In this document: one piece after another, positions 9,471 through 16,776 of the stretch
How positions within the stretch are numbered: the stretch's first letter is position 1
Layout: each line of letters begins with the position of its first letter
Virus record (IMG/VR): IMGVR_UViG_3300009694_000006
Coordinates: 1 to 39,460 of that record
DNA: 39,460 nucleotides
Reading direction: 5' to 3' (one strand)
DNA from: a virus
The notes under the pieces: generated by a model
Databases searched by the model: none
What the model saw: only the letters and a program-made list of their open reading frames with translations
What the model was told of the DNA's origin: nothing
Translations under genes and position numbers: made by a program

Positions 9471-10016
9471 ATGAAGATCAACACTCGTAAAAATAAAGAT
9501 GTTGATATGCCTAGTAAGTTTCAAGGAAGATTTTCTAAAGATGGTGGAATGGATTTCGGACCTATTATCAAAATCAAACTTAAACAGTTTATTAAAGATA
9601 ATCCAGGAATGCCATTTACCTTACAACCTACTTATATTGAAAGTGATAAACAAAGAGGTTGGTTTGAAGGAGCACTAGTTACTTTAGTTACGTTTTATCA
9701 GGAAGGAATGGACTATCATAGTTCTAAAGATTTACAAGATGTCAGAGAATGGTTAAAATTAGAGTTTAACGGTAGGTATATTACAATTCATAACAAAGCC
9801 CATATAGTAGGGCAAACCACCAAGCACGCATTGAATAACGGGTTTCTCGATAGGATTGTAGAATGGCTCACAGAAAATTACGCACCTCCGATAGAAGCTC
9901 TTAATCCAGAATCTTATAAACTTTGGAAAAATACAGTTTATCCTTATGGTGGACCCGATAATTACATTGATTATTTAATATCACTTAATTTATTAAGTAA
10001 AAATTATGTCAGATAA
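9471..10016 (+). CDS. Hypothetical protein (181 aa).
   Basis: ORF in the operon. No motif recognised. Confidence 0.45.
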   Translation: MKINTRKNKDVDMPSKFQGRFSKDGGMDFGPIIKIKLKQFIKDNPGMPFTLQPTYIESDKQRGWFEGALVTLVTFYQEGMDYHSSKDLQDVREWLKLEFNGRYITIHNKAHIVGQTTKHALNNGFLDRIVEWLTENYAPPIEALNPESYKLWKNTVYPYGGPDNYIDYLISLNLLSKNYVR

Positions 10017-10167
10017 AAAAGAATTTGAACCAATTCCTAAATTCAACGATCATGGTTCTAGTTGTTCAGGACACGGAAATTTTATGTTAGATTGCACTTA
10101 TGAGAAACAAGAAGATCGACTCTTAATTGCAAAATGTATTGATAATTACATAACAGAAGAAAAATAG
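10006..10167 (+). CDS. Small Cys/His-containing ORF (53 aa), not in the supplied track.
   Basis: ATG 10006 to TAG 10165-10167, translating MSDKKEFEPIPKFNDHGSSCSGHGNFMLDCTYEK.... Fills the gap before 10169. Confidence 0.4.
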   Translation: MSDKKEFEPIPKFNDHGSSCSGHGNFMLDCTYEKQEDRLLIAKCIDNYITEEK

Positions 10168-10168
10168 T

Positions 10169-10951
10169 ATGGCTAAATCACGAATAATAAACACAAAATT
10201 TTGGAGTGATAACTGGGTTAGACGATTAGATAAAATAGATAGATATTTATTTCTATATTTTTTAACTAATGAACATACTAGTATCTGTGGTGTTTATGAA
10301 TTATCACTTGATGTCATGTCTTTTGAAACAGGAATAGAAGAAAAAGAACTTTTAGAAAAATATATTCCACGACTTCAACCTAAAATGATTTACGTTAGAG
10401 GGTGGGTTGTTCTCGCAAACTTCCAAAAACATCAATCATCAACAAGTATTACAGTTCAAAAAGGAATAAAAGTAGAGATTGAAAAAATACCGTTAGATAT
10501 TAAGAAAACAATTGATGATATATATGCTAGTGATATGCTATCTATACCATATCCAGAGCATAACATATATTTAAATTTAAATTTTAATTTAAATTTAAAT
10601 ACTAAACGTATTGTCGGTAAACCGACGATTTCTACTCAAAATAGGAAAAAAGAAAGTAATAATTTATCTTTTAGTGAGAAACCTAAAATTTATTCTTTAA
10701 TAGAAGAAATTAAAAAATTAGAAAATTCCGAAAGACGAGATCTTAACATTATTGCTTTGTTTTTTCGTTATAAAAATCCAGATCTTAAAACCTACGAACA
10801 ATATCAAATTGCACTTACAAGACATTTGAAACCTGCAAAAGCACTTGTCTTGTTTGATAATGAGCAACTTATCAAAGCAATAGAGATTGCTAAGAAAGAA
10901 TATCCTGAGATATATACCTTAGAAACATTATTAAAAATATTAACAAAGTAA
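10169..10951 (+). CDS. Replication initiator/replisome-organizer-like protein.
   Basis: N-terminal FWSDNWVRRLDKIDRYLFLYFLTNEHTSICGVYEL resembles phage replisome-organizer winged-helix N-domains. A central linker is encoded by an AT-only repeat. Confidence 0.45.
   Translation: MAKSRIINTKFWSDNWVRRLDKIDRYLFLYFLTNEHTSICGVYELSLDVMSFETGIEEKELLEKYIPRLQPKMIYVRGWVVLANFQKHQSSTSITVQKGIKVEIEKIPLDIKKTIDDIYASDMLSIPYPEHNIYLNLNFNLNLNTKRIVGKPTISTQNRKKESNNLSFSEKPKIYSLIEEIKKLENSERRDLNIIALFFRYKNPDLKTYEQYQIALTRHLKPAKALVLFDNEQLIKAIEIAKKEYPEIYTLETLLKILTK
10565..10601. repeat. AT-only tandem TTTAAA/AAATTT tract inside the initiator gene. Candidate origin unwinding element.
   Basis: The sequence atatatttaaatttaaattttaatttaaatttaaata has no G or C for 37 nt. 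It encodes the linker YLNLNFNLNLN. Confidence 0.4.
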
Positions 10952-10953
10952 AC

Positions 10954-11175
10954 ATGGTAGCATACATTGGAACAGCATTATTACTCATAGCATATTTAGC
11001 ATTATATTTTGGTAAAACTAATAAATGGTTTTTAATTTTAGATATAATTGCTAGTATTATACTTACGAGTCACGCAATAGAAATTAAAGATATTCCTTTT
11101 ACACTTGTGAATGGAGTTATTACTTTAACTTTAATAGCAAAACTAATCAAAGATTATTATGGGAAGAATAGATAA
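10954..11175 (+). CDS. Small membrane protein (73 aa, 2-3 TM).
   Basis: Hydrophobic throughout: GTALLLIAYLALYF, ILDIIASIILT, VNGVITLTLIA. Confidence 0.45.
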   Translation: MVAYIGTALLLIAYLALYFGKTNKWFLILDIIASIILTSHAIEIKDIPFTLVNGVITLTLIAKLIKDYYGKNR

Positions 11176-11539
11176 ACCAGAATATAAAAAGAAAGAATCA
11201 ATTTATCCAGTTTATACTGCGAAAGATTTCTTTGCCTTAGAAGCTGAATTAGAAAAATTTGCAGTTGATAAAGAGTTACCTTTCTTTGATAGTGATAAAA
11301 GAGAAATAAAACATTTTGTTTCTACTGAAGGAATTCAACAATGGCTTATTGAAAAAGGAGCATTGTCTAATAAAAAAGAATGGTGCGTTAAAAATATTTT
11401 ACTTTTTAAGGAACTAGAAGATAAATTACAACAGTATTCTTTTTGGTGTCGCAAACGAGAATACGCTATTAAACATCAAAATGAGGATTATGATCATCTA
11501 GCAGATCAGATAGAAATTGTAGATGATACTCCATTTTAG
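11159..11539 (+). CDS. Hypothetical protein (126 aa) ending in an SSB-tip-like acidic tail.
   Basis: C-terminus ...QIEIVDDTPF. Confidence 0.45.
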   Translation: MGRIDKPEYKKKESIYPVYTAKDFFALEAELEKFAVDKELPFFDSDKREIKHFVSTEGIQQWLIEKGALSNKKEWCVKNILLFKELEDKLQQYSFWCRKREYAIKHQNEDYDHLADQIEIVDDTPF

Positions 11540-11541
11540 TT

Positions 11542-11919
11542 ATGAACATACAACAAAGAAATCAACGAATTAAAGACTCCAATTTATCAATTCAAGAATT
11601 AGCTAATAAGTATAAAATTAGCTACGAACGAGTTAGACAAATTCTTCGAGATGACAAAGAAAGACAAATAAAACGATTTCTCTTTATTGCTAAAGAATAT
11701 CAAGAAAATGTTTCTAAAATTATTGAAACGGATATAAATAAAGAAATTCAAAGATTAAAAAGTAAAGGTCGAAATAAAATTATAATTATTCAAAAAGTAA
11801 TTTTTATCAAAACTTTGAAAGATACGTATGGAATGTCGCTTTACCGAATTGCTAAGTTATTTGGTAATAGCTACGGCACAATTATTCATCTGTATAAGAA
11901 GGTCGGAATTAAGATATAA
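11542..11919 (+). CDS. HTH DNA-binding protein with a sigma-70 region-4-like motif.
   Basis: SIQELANKYKISYERVRQIL, plus a second HTH-like segment SLYRIAKLFGNSYGTIIHLYKK. Confidence 0.5.
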   Translation: MNIQQRNQRIKDSNLSIQELANKYKISYERVRQILRDDKERQIKRFLFIAKEYQENVSKIIETDINKEIQRLKSKGRNKIIIIQKVIFIKTLKDTYGMSLYRIAKLFGNSYGTIIHLYKKVGIKI

Positions 11920-11981
11920 ATTGTGTATCACTTAGTTTTGAAAGAATAAACCGGATAGATTCCGGTGGTAGAGATAATAAA

Positions 11982-12218
11982 ATGGAAAAATATACAAAGT
12001 ATATCGTTAAATTTTATACAACCGAGTTAAATAATCAAGTTGATAAGATATTAAAAAAATATAATCTTCCTACTGATCAGCAAAAATTAAAACAGTTAGG
12101 TTATAAAATTGTTATAGAAGAAACCGATATTCTTCAGAATAGAATAACAAAAATTCAGTTATATAAAGTCGTTGATCAATCTCAATTCAAACTTACTTAT
12201 GGATTTAGAATAGATTAA
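11982..12218 (+). CDS. Hypothetical protein (78 aa).
   Basis: ORF only. Preceded by the hairpin ACCGGA-TAGAT-TCCGGT at 11950-11966. Confidence 0.4.
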   Translation: MEKYTKYIVKFYTTELNNQVDKILKKYNLPTDQQKLKQLGYKIVIEETDILQNRITKIQLYKVVDQSQFKLTYGFRID

Positions 12219-12219
12219 A

Positions 12220-12561
12220 ATGAGACCAATATCTCCAGCAGTAAAAGCTAAATTAGATGCAGAACTTGATATTTGCGCAGTTGCAGACGGAAATTGCCAA
12301 GGAAGAATCACACGAGAACATACATTGATTTATGGAGGAAAACAGATTGATGAAGTATGGGCTATTATCAAAATCTGTGCTTACCATCATGAAGTAGACG
12401 AATTTCAAGATGGTGGTGGATTAAATAAAGAAAAAAATATTTGGGTGGCACTTAATCGAGCTACAGATCAAGAATTATTAAAGTATTCAAAAGTAATTAA
12501 TTATATCGAAATGAGAAATCGTCTTAATAAAAAATATGGAACCTATATGCCAATTAGTTGA
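12220..12561 (+). CDS. Cys/His-rich protein, possibly an HNH/Rap-like nuclease.
   Basis: CQGRITREHTLIYGG...ICAYHHEV. Confidence 0.3.
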   Translation: MRPISPAVKAKLDAELDICAVADGNCQGRITREHTLIYGGKQIDEVWAIIKICAYHHEVDEFQDGGGLNKEKNIWVALNRATDQELLKYSKVINYIEMRNRLNKKYGTYMPIS

Positions 12562-12733
12562 AGAGTATCATGGATGTGAAGGAAAAGTTATCGAATATGA
12601 TTTAAAGAAGTGGGTTATGTATGATTTTAAAGTTCGAAATTATAAAATGAATCTTTGTGAATATCATTTTAGATTGAAATCTTATCCTGAATCTAAAAGA
12701 GATATATATAAAATTCTAAAGAAAAAATGTTAA
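12536..12733 (+). CDS. Small Cys/His protein (65 aa).
   Basis: CEG...CEYH spacing suggests zinc binding. Overlaps both neighbours. Confidence 0.35.
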   Translation: MEPICQLVEEYHGCEGKVIEYDLKKWVMYDFKVRNYKMNLCEYHFRLKSYPESKRDIYKILKKKC

Positions 12734-13053
12734 AAGAAACAGAAAGTCAAATTCAATCAGCAATTTGTGATTACCTTACATACAAAGGATATTTCTTTTG
12801 GAGACAAAACAATGTCGCAACTATTCAAATTGATAGTTATGGAACAAGAATGAGGAGAATGCCTAAGTATGCTAGAAAAGGAACTCCTGATATTTTTATT
12901 CTTTTGCCTGGTAAAGTTATTTTAATGGAAGTTAAAAGTTCTATCGGACAATTATCAGATGAACAAAAAGAATTGCAAAAAAAATGCGAAGAGTTTCAAA
13001 TTCAGTATTGTGTTGTAAGAAGTATTGACGATGTTCAAAAGTTAGGGTTGTAA
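12727..13053 (+). CDS. VRR-NUC family PD-(D/E)xK nuclease.
   Basis: GTPDIFILLPGKVILMEVKS followed by GQLSDEQ. Confidence 0.75.
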   Translation: MLKETESQIQSAICDYLTYKGYFFWRQNNVATIQIDSYGTRMRRMPKYARKGTPDIFILLPGKVILMEVKSSIGQLSDEQKELQKKCEEFQIQYCVVRSIDDVQKLGL

Positions 13054-13081
13054 AAATTAGAAAGTTATACTGTAATACTCA

Positions 13082-13127
13082 TATATTAAGAAAATAGGTT
13101 GTCCTATATTTTAATATATCATATAAT
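13082..13127 (+). promoter_or_regulatory. Early promoter family member 2: -35 TTGTCC (13099-13104), 17-nt spacer, -10 TATAAT (13122-13127).
   Basis: Upstream block TATATTAAGAAAATAGG and spacing match the promoters at 6221 and 16484. Confidence 0.65.
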
Positions 13128-13134
13128 CGATATT

Positions 13135-13719
13135 ATCGAGGTAAAGAATTTCATTGAAATCTTGATATCAAAAGTAGTAGTAAAGGAGCTTCAACACCCT
13201 TCTACCTAAGTGAAAATAGAGCTTTTGATATTAGGTTTCAGTGAATTTCTTCACTGAGTTAATTTACAACTGGAATATAAGTGCTCAAGAAAGAAAAGCA
13301 ATTAGAAGATGAGATTATAAAACAATAATATACTCATATCAATTTCTTTACTAATCTTCTTTCTTCTTAACATTTCTAGTAACTACATTCTGGTTTAAGA
13401 TAAGTTTTAAATTTAATAGGGTGTGTTAGCTCTCACAAAATTAAGTAGAGTTCAACCCAAATTTAAACAAAAAATCTTTTTCAATATCACTATTGGTATA
13501 AATTAATATCGATTTTTAATTGTCGTGCACGGTTCTGATATTCCAGAAATGGAGTAGAATTAAGAATCATAGTAGCTTTTATGTTACTATCTTTGCTTGA
13601 TAATAACAGATTATAAGCAACTAACACATAGAAGAATTCCGATAATAGTCAGTTATAAAGTTGTAGTGAACCTTTATAATATCCATTCTATTATCGGATT
13701 CTCTCTTGTGTAATAAATT
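13135..13719 (+). ncRNA. Long ORF-free structured leader or non-coding RNA (about 585 nt) upstream of the deazaguanine module.
   Basis: No ORF of 60 aa or more in any frame, and none longer than about 11 codons seen on the + strand. Contains a 28-bp duplex (13146-13174 with 13222-13249), a competing hairpin (13239-13256), and hairpins at 13419-13458, 13570-13591, 13594-13620 and 13634-13701. Confidence 0.45.
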
Positions 13720-14073
13720 ATGAAAGATAAAAAAAGGGTAAAATATAGTTTTAATCAGATGATTAATGATTCTATAGAATTAGCAAATCGTCTTAAATTA
13801 ATAAGTTTTAATTTTAAGAACATTTACTGTTCAACTCTTAATTCTCAAGTATTAGGAATTATTCTTTCAAAGGAATTAGATTTACCTATAATCTATTCTA
13901 AGGCACGAATGTCTGATGAGACACTTATTGTATCTCATCTTATAGGTAGAAAAAATCAGTATAAAAAGCAGAATACTATTGTAGCTTTATTTATTGATAA
14001 AGACTCAAAAGTAAAAGTTGCATATTATTCTCATATCTTAAGAGAAAATCAATGGATAGATTTTACTCGTTAA
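13720..14073 (+). CDS. Degenerate xanthine-guanine phosphoribosyltransferase (Gpt)-like protein (117 aa).
   Basis: KYSFNQMINDSIELANRL, NIYCSTLNSQVLGIILSKELDL and NQWIDF resemble Gpt segments recalled from memory. The PRPP loop position reads TLIVSHLIGRKNQY, with no DD or TGGT. Confidence 0.4.
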   Translation: MKDKKRVKYSFNQMINDSIELANRLKLISFNFKNIYCSTLNSQVLGIILSKELDLPIIYSKARMSDETLIVSHLIGRKNQYKKQNTIVALFIDKDSKVKVAYYSHILRENQWIDFTR

Positions 14074-14083
14074 GATTTATTAA

Positions 14084-14117
14084 TTGACAAGATAATATAT
14101 CTAATTTTAGATATATT
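14084..14117 (+). promoter_or_regulatory. Consensus -35 TTGACA followed by a perfect 11+11 palindrome. Candidate operator or internal promoter before yhhQ.
   Basis: TTGACA at 14084-14089. AATATATCTAA (14094-14104), two central T, then TTAGATATATT (14107-14117). Confidence 0.4.
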
Positions 14118-14132
14118 ATTTAAAAAACTACT

Positions 14133-14834
14133 ATGTTTAAAAACTACAAAGTTACACCAGAGAATATTTCTTCGTTGTATGTTATTATCGCGGGATTGTT
14201 TGTATGTTTCTTAATGATAGCAAATATTGCAGCAAATAGAATGGTATCGTTGCCTTTTGGTATAATTGTTACAGGTGATATCTTTCTATTTCCATTGACC
14301 TATATTTTCGGAGATGTGTTAACAGAAGTTTATGGTTTTAAAAGATCAAGATTAGTAATCTGGTTAGGAATGCTAGCTAATCTTATCATGATCGGTTATT
14401 TTACATTATTAATTAAAACTCCTTTTCCATCAGATTTCGTAGCTAATGATGCGTATAGAACAGTTCTTGGTGTTACACCTATTATTGTTCTTGCTTCTAT
14501 TCTTGCTTTCTTTGCCGGAGAATTCTCAAATTCAGCATCGTTATCAATTATCAAAAAATGGACAAAAGGAAAATTCTTATGGATTAGAACTATTGGTTCT
14601 ACTATTATAGGTCAAATTTTTGACACTTTAACTTTTATGTTTATTGCGTTTAATTTCTTACCTAAAGAATTATTCTGGCAAATGGTTCTTGCTCAATACT
14701 TGTTTAAAGTAATTTATGAGATTTTAGCAACACCTTTGACTTACATGATTGTTAAAAGAATTAAAAAAGTTGAACAGTTAGATACATTCGATTATGGAGT
14801 TAAGTATAATCCATTTTCGTTAAAAATAAAATAA
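14133..14834 (+). CDS. yhhQ: YhhQ/VUT-family queuosine-precursor (preQ0/preQ1) transporter.
   Basis: Multi-TM protein with family motifs FPLTYIFGDVLTEVYG, STIIGQIFDTLTFMFIAF and QYLFKVIYEILATPLTY. Confidence 0.8.
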   Translation: MFKNYKVTPENISSLYVIIAGLFVCFLMIANIAANRMVSLPFGIIVTGDIFLFPLTYIFGDVLTEVYGFKRSRLVIWLGMLANLIMIGYFTLLIKTPFPSDFVANDAYRTVLGVTPIIVLASILAFFAGEFSNSASLSIIKKWTKGKFLWIRTIGSTIIGQIFDTLTFMFIAFNFLPKELFWQMVLAQYLFKVIYEILATPLTYMIVKRIKKVEQLDTFDYGVKYNPFSLKIK

Positions 14835-14838
14835 ATAT

Positions 14839-15705
14839 ATGCGAATTTTTTTTGCAGTTAGTAATTCATCAACATATCTTAATCTCTTAAAAGAAGAAAA
14901 AGTTGATAACGTTTTAATCTCATTTGCTTTTTTCAAAAGTGCATATAAAACAAGAGAAATCTTTGGAGATTATCAACCTAAAAATCTTATTCTTGACTCA
15001 GGAGCATTTTCTGTTTGGAGTAAAGGAGATGAGATAGATATAGATCAATATGCAGTTTTTTGTCAGGATATAATTAAATTATTTTCTGAAACAAACTGCT
15101 ATTGTGTTAACTTAGATGTTATTCCTGGAAAGTTTGGAAAACGACCAACTTCTCAAGAAATAATAGATAGTGCAGAACAAGGATGGAAGAATATGGAATA
15201 TCTTGAATCAAAAGGATTAAAAGTTATTCCGGTATTTCACCAGCATGAAGATTTTTCAGTTCTAGATAAATTAACAAAACACACAGATTACATTGGAGTA
15301 TCACCAGCAAATGATTGCTCAATGGAAGAAAAGTTAAGTTGGCAAGATCAAGTATATTCAATTTTAGTTAAACAACCTGAATTGATTAAAACTCACGGAT
15401 TTGCTGTAACTTCTACAAAACAACTTTACCGATATCCATTATTTTCAGCAGATAGTTCTTCCTGGACTTCTCCTAGTCGTTTTGGAACAATTCCTATTGT
15501 TACAGATGATTTAGAAATGAAAGTAATTAAATATAAAGATAAAACATCTGTAATGAAATACTGGGAGTATATCAAAGATTGGAGTATCGAAAAATTATCT
15601 TCCGAAGATTGGAAAGATAGAATTACATTATCAATCAAGTCGTATTTACTTCTTAATAAGATAGCTAATAAGTTATGGGATAAAAGAGGTATTAAGTGGA
15701 AATAA
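14839..15705 (+). CDS. dpdA: DpdA-like DNA-guanine transglycosylase (TGT superfamily).
   Basis: LILDSGAFSVW motif (TGT/DpdA DSGxF), size 288 aa, adjacent to yhhQ and a ParB-like gene. Confidence 0.6.
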   Translation: MRIFFAVSNSSTYLNLLKEEKVDNVLISFAFFKSAYKTREIFGDYQPKNLILDSGAFSVWSKGDEIDIDQYAVFCQDIIKLFSETNCYCVNLDVIPGKFGKRPTSQEIIDSAEQGWKNMEYLESKGLKVIPVFHQHEDFSVLDKLTKHTDYIGVSPANDCSMEEKLSWQDQVYSILVKQPELIKTHGFAVTSTKQLYRYPLFSADSSSWTSPSRFGTIPIVTDDLEMKVIKYKDKTSVMKYWEYIKDWSIEKLSSEDWKDRITLSIKSYLLLNKIANKLWDKRGIKWK

Positions 15706-15710
15706 AAAAA

Positions 15711-16439
15711 ATGAATAAAGTTATAAGTGAAAATAAAAAATTAGTGACAACAAAGAGAATTGTTCGAATCGATGATATCATTCCAAATCCTTTTAATCCA
15801 AATAAACAATCTGATTATATTTTTCAAAAAATGAAAGATACAATCGAAACAAAAGGATTGTTTGGTTCAATTATTGTTCATGAGTTAGCAGGTATTTATC
15901 AAATACTTGATGGTGAACATAGATGGAAAGCTTGTAGAGAACTTGGATGGAAAGAACTTCCTGTAGAAGTATCTCCTCAATTAGAAGAAAATGATGTTAA
16001 GTTTTGGACTATTTATTTTAACAACACTCACGGAAAAGATGATATTGAAAAACGAGCTAAGTTATTTGAAGAAATAGACGAAGGTCAAGCTCAGTTGCTT
16101 CCTTTCACAGAAGAAGAAATCAAAAACGAAAAAGAACTTTTCAAGTTTGATTTTTCAAAGTATGATGAACAAAAAGAAATATCTGCATTAAAGAAAACAA
16201 ACATGATATCATTTTCTGTTTCAGAAGATATAAAAGAATTGTGGAATAGATGTCTTGAAGTTTGTAAAGAAGATAAAATGGATATTTCAATTATGGTCTA
16301 TCGAATGTGTGATGAGTTCTTAAGAATGAATGATTTTCGTTATAATAAATTTCTTGAAGAAAAAGAACAAAAACGAGTTCAAGATGTCATAGATAAGGAT
16401 ATTAGAAAAGCTAAAGAAAAAGAATTAAATGAAAATTAG
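15711..16439 (+). CDS. ParB N-terminal-domain protein (DpdB-like position).
   Basis: IIPNPFNPNKQ and ILDGEHRWKACRELGW motifs. The ATG at 15711 is preferred over the in-frame GTG at 15696 listed in the track. Confidence 0.7.
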   Translation: MNKVISENKKLVTTKRIVRIDDIIPNPFNPNKQSDYIFQKMKDTIETKGLFGSIIVHELAGIYQILDGEHRWKACRELGWKELPVEVSPQLEENDVKFWTIYFNNTHGKDDIEKRAKLFEEIDEGQAQLLPFTEEEIKNEKELFKFDFSKYDEQKEISALKKTNMISFSVSEDIKELWNRCLEVCKEDKMDISIMVYRMCDEFLRMNDFRYNKFLEEKEQKRVQDVIDKDIRKAKEKELNEN

Positions 16440-16483
16440 TAGGTGGGGATAACTATTTTTTAGTCTTATTTTACAAGATGGTA

Positions 16484-16529
16484 TATATTAATAAAATAGG
16501 TTGTCCTAAAATAAAAAATAGCTTATAAT
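16484..16529 (+). promoter_or_regulatory. Early promoter family member 3: -35 TTGTCC (16501-16506), 17-nt spacer, -10 TATAAT (16524-16529).
   Basis: Upstream block TATATTAATAAAATAGG is nearly identical to that of the 13082 promoter. Confidence 0.65.
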
Positions 16530-16537
16530 ATAATCAA

Positions 16538-16607
16538 GGAGGTATGAATATGGGATAGGACATTTTGGTTACGACTGGAATTATCCTATGTCATATTCCT
16601 CTACTCC
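16538..16607 (+). promoter_or_regulatory. 5' leader hairpin holding the only strong SD-like AAGGAGG I noticed in the genome, plus a 2-4 codon mini-ORF.
   Basis: GAATATG (16546-52) pairs with CATATTC (16592-98). ATAGGA (16555-60) pairs with TCCTAT (16584-89). GGAG (16538-41) pairs with CTCC (16604-07). Mini-ORF is ATG AAT ATG GGA TAG. Confidence 0.4.
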
Positions 16608-16632
16608 GATTATAAATTAAAAAATATTTTTT

Positions 16633-16761
16633 ATGAAAAAAGTAAGAATATTAATTGAAGTGAACGGAGAGGTAAAAAGATTTTTTCTAACAATATGCAA
16701 CGATACTGAATTAGAAAAGATAGTAAATGTGATTTCAAAAGAAATTGCAAATCATAAATAG
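16633..16761 (+). CDS. Small ORF (42 aa), not in the supplied track.
   Basis: Translates MKKVRILIEVNGEVKRFFLTICNDTELEKIVNVISKEIANHK. Fills the promoter-to-gene gap. Confidence 0.4.
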   Translation: MKKVRILIEVNGEVKRFFLTICNDTELEKIVNVISKEIANHK

Positions 16762-16776
16762 TCGAATTATAAATTA

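Noticed and set aside
13419-13475. Possible preQ1-I riboswitch: GAGTTCAACCC followed by an A-rich run AAACAAAAAATC.
   Set aside because: The P1 3' strand and the CUA tail pairing required by the preQ1-I consensus are absent. The local fold is a simple bulged hairpin. It is kept only as part of the larger structured-leader finding.
13913-13920. CTGATGAG, the hammerhead ribozyme core box.
   Set aside because: It lies inside the Gpt-like coding sequence. I could not find a partnering GAAA box or stems I-III nearby, so it is most likely a chance occurrence.
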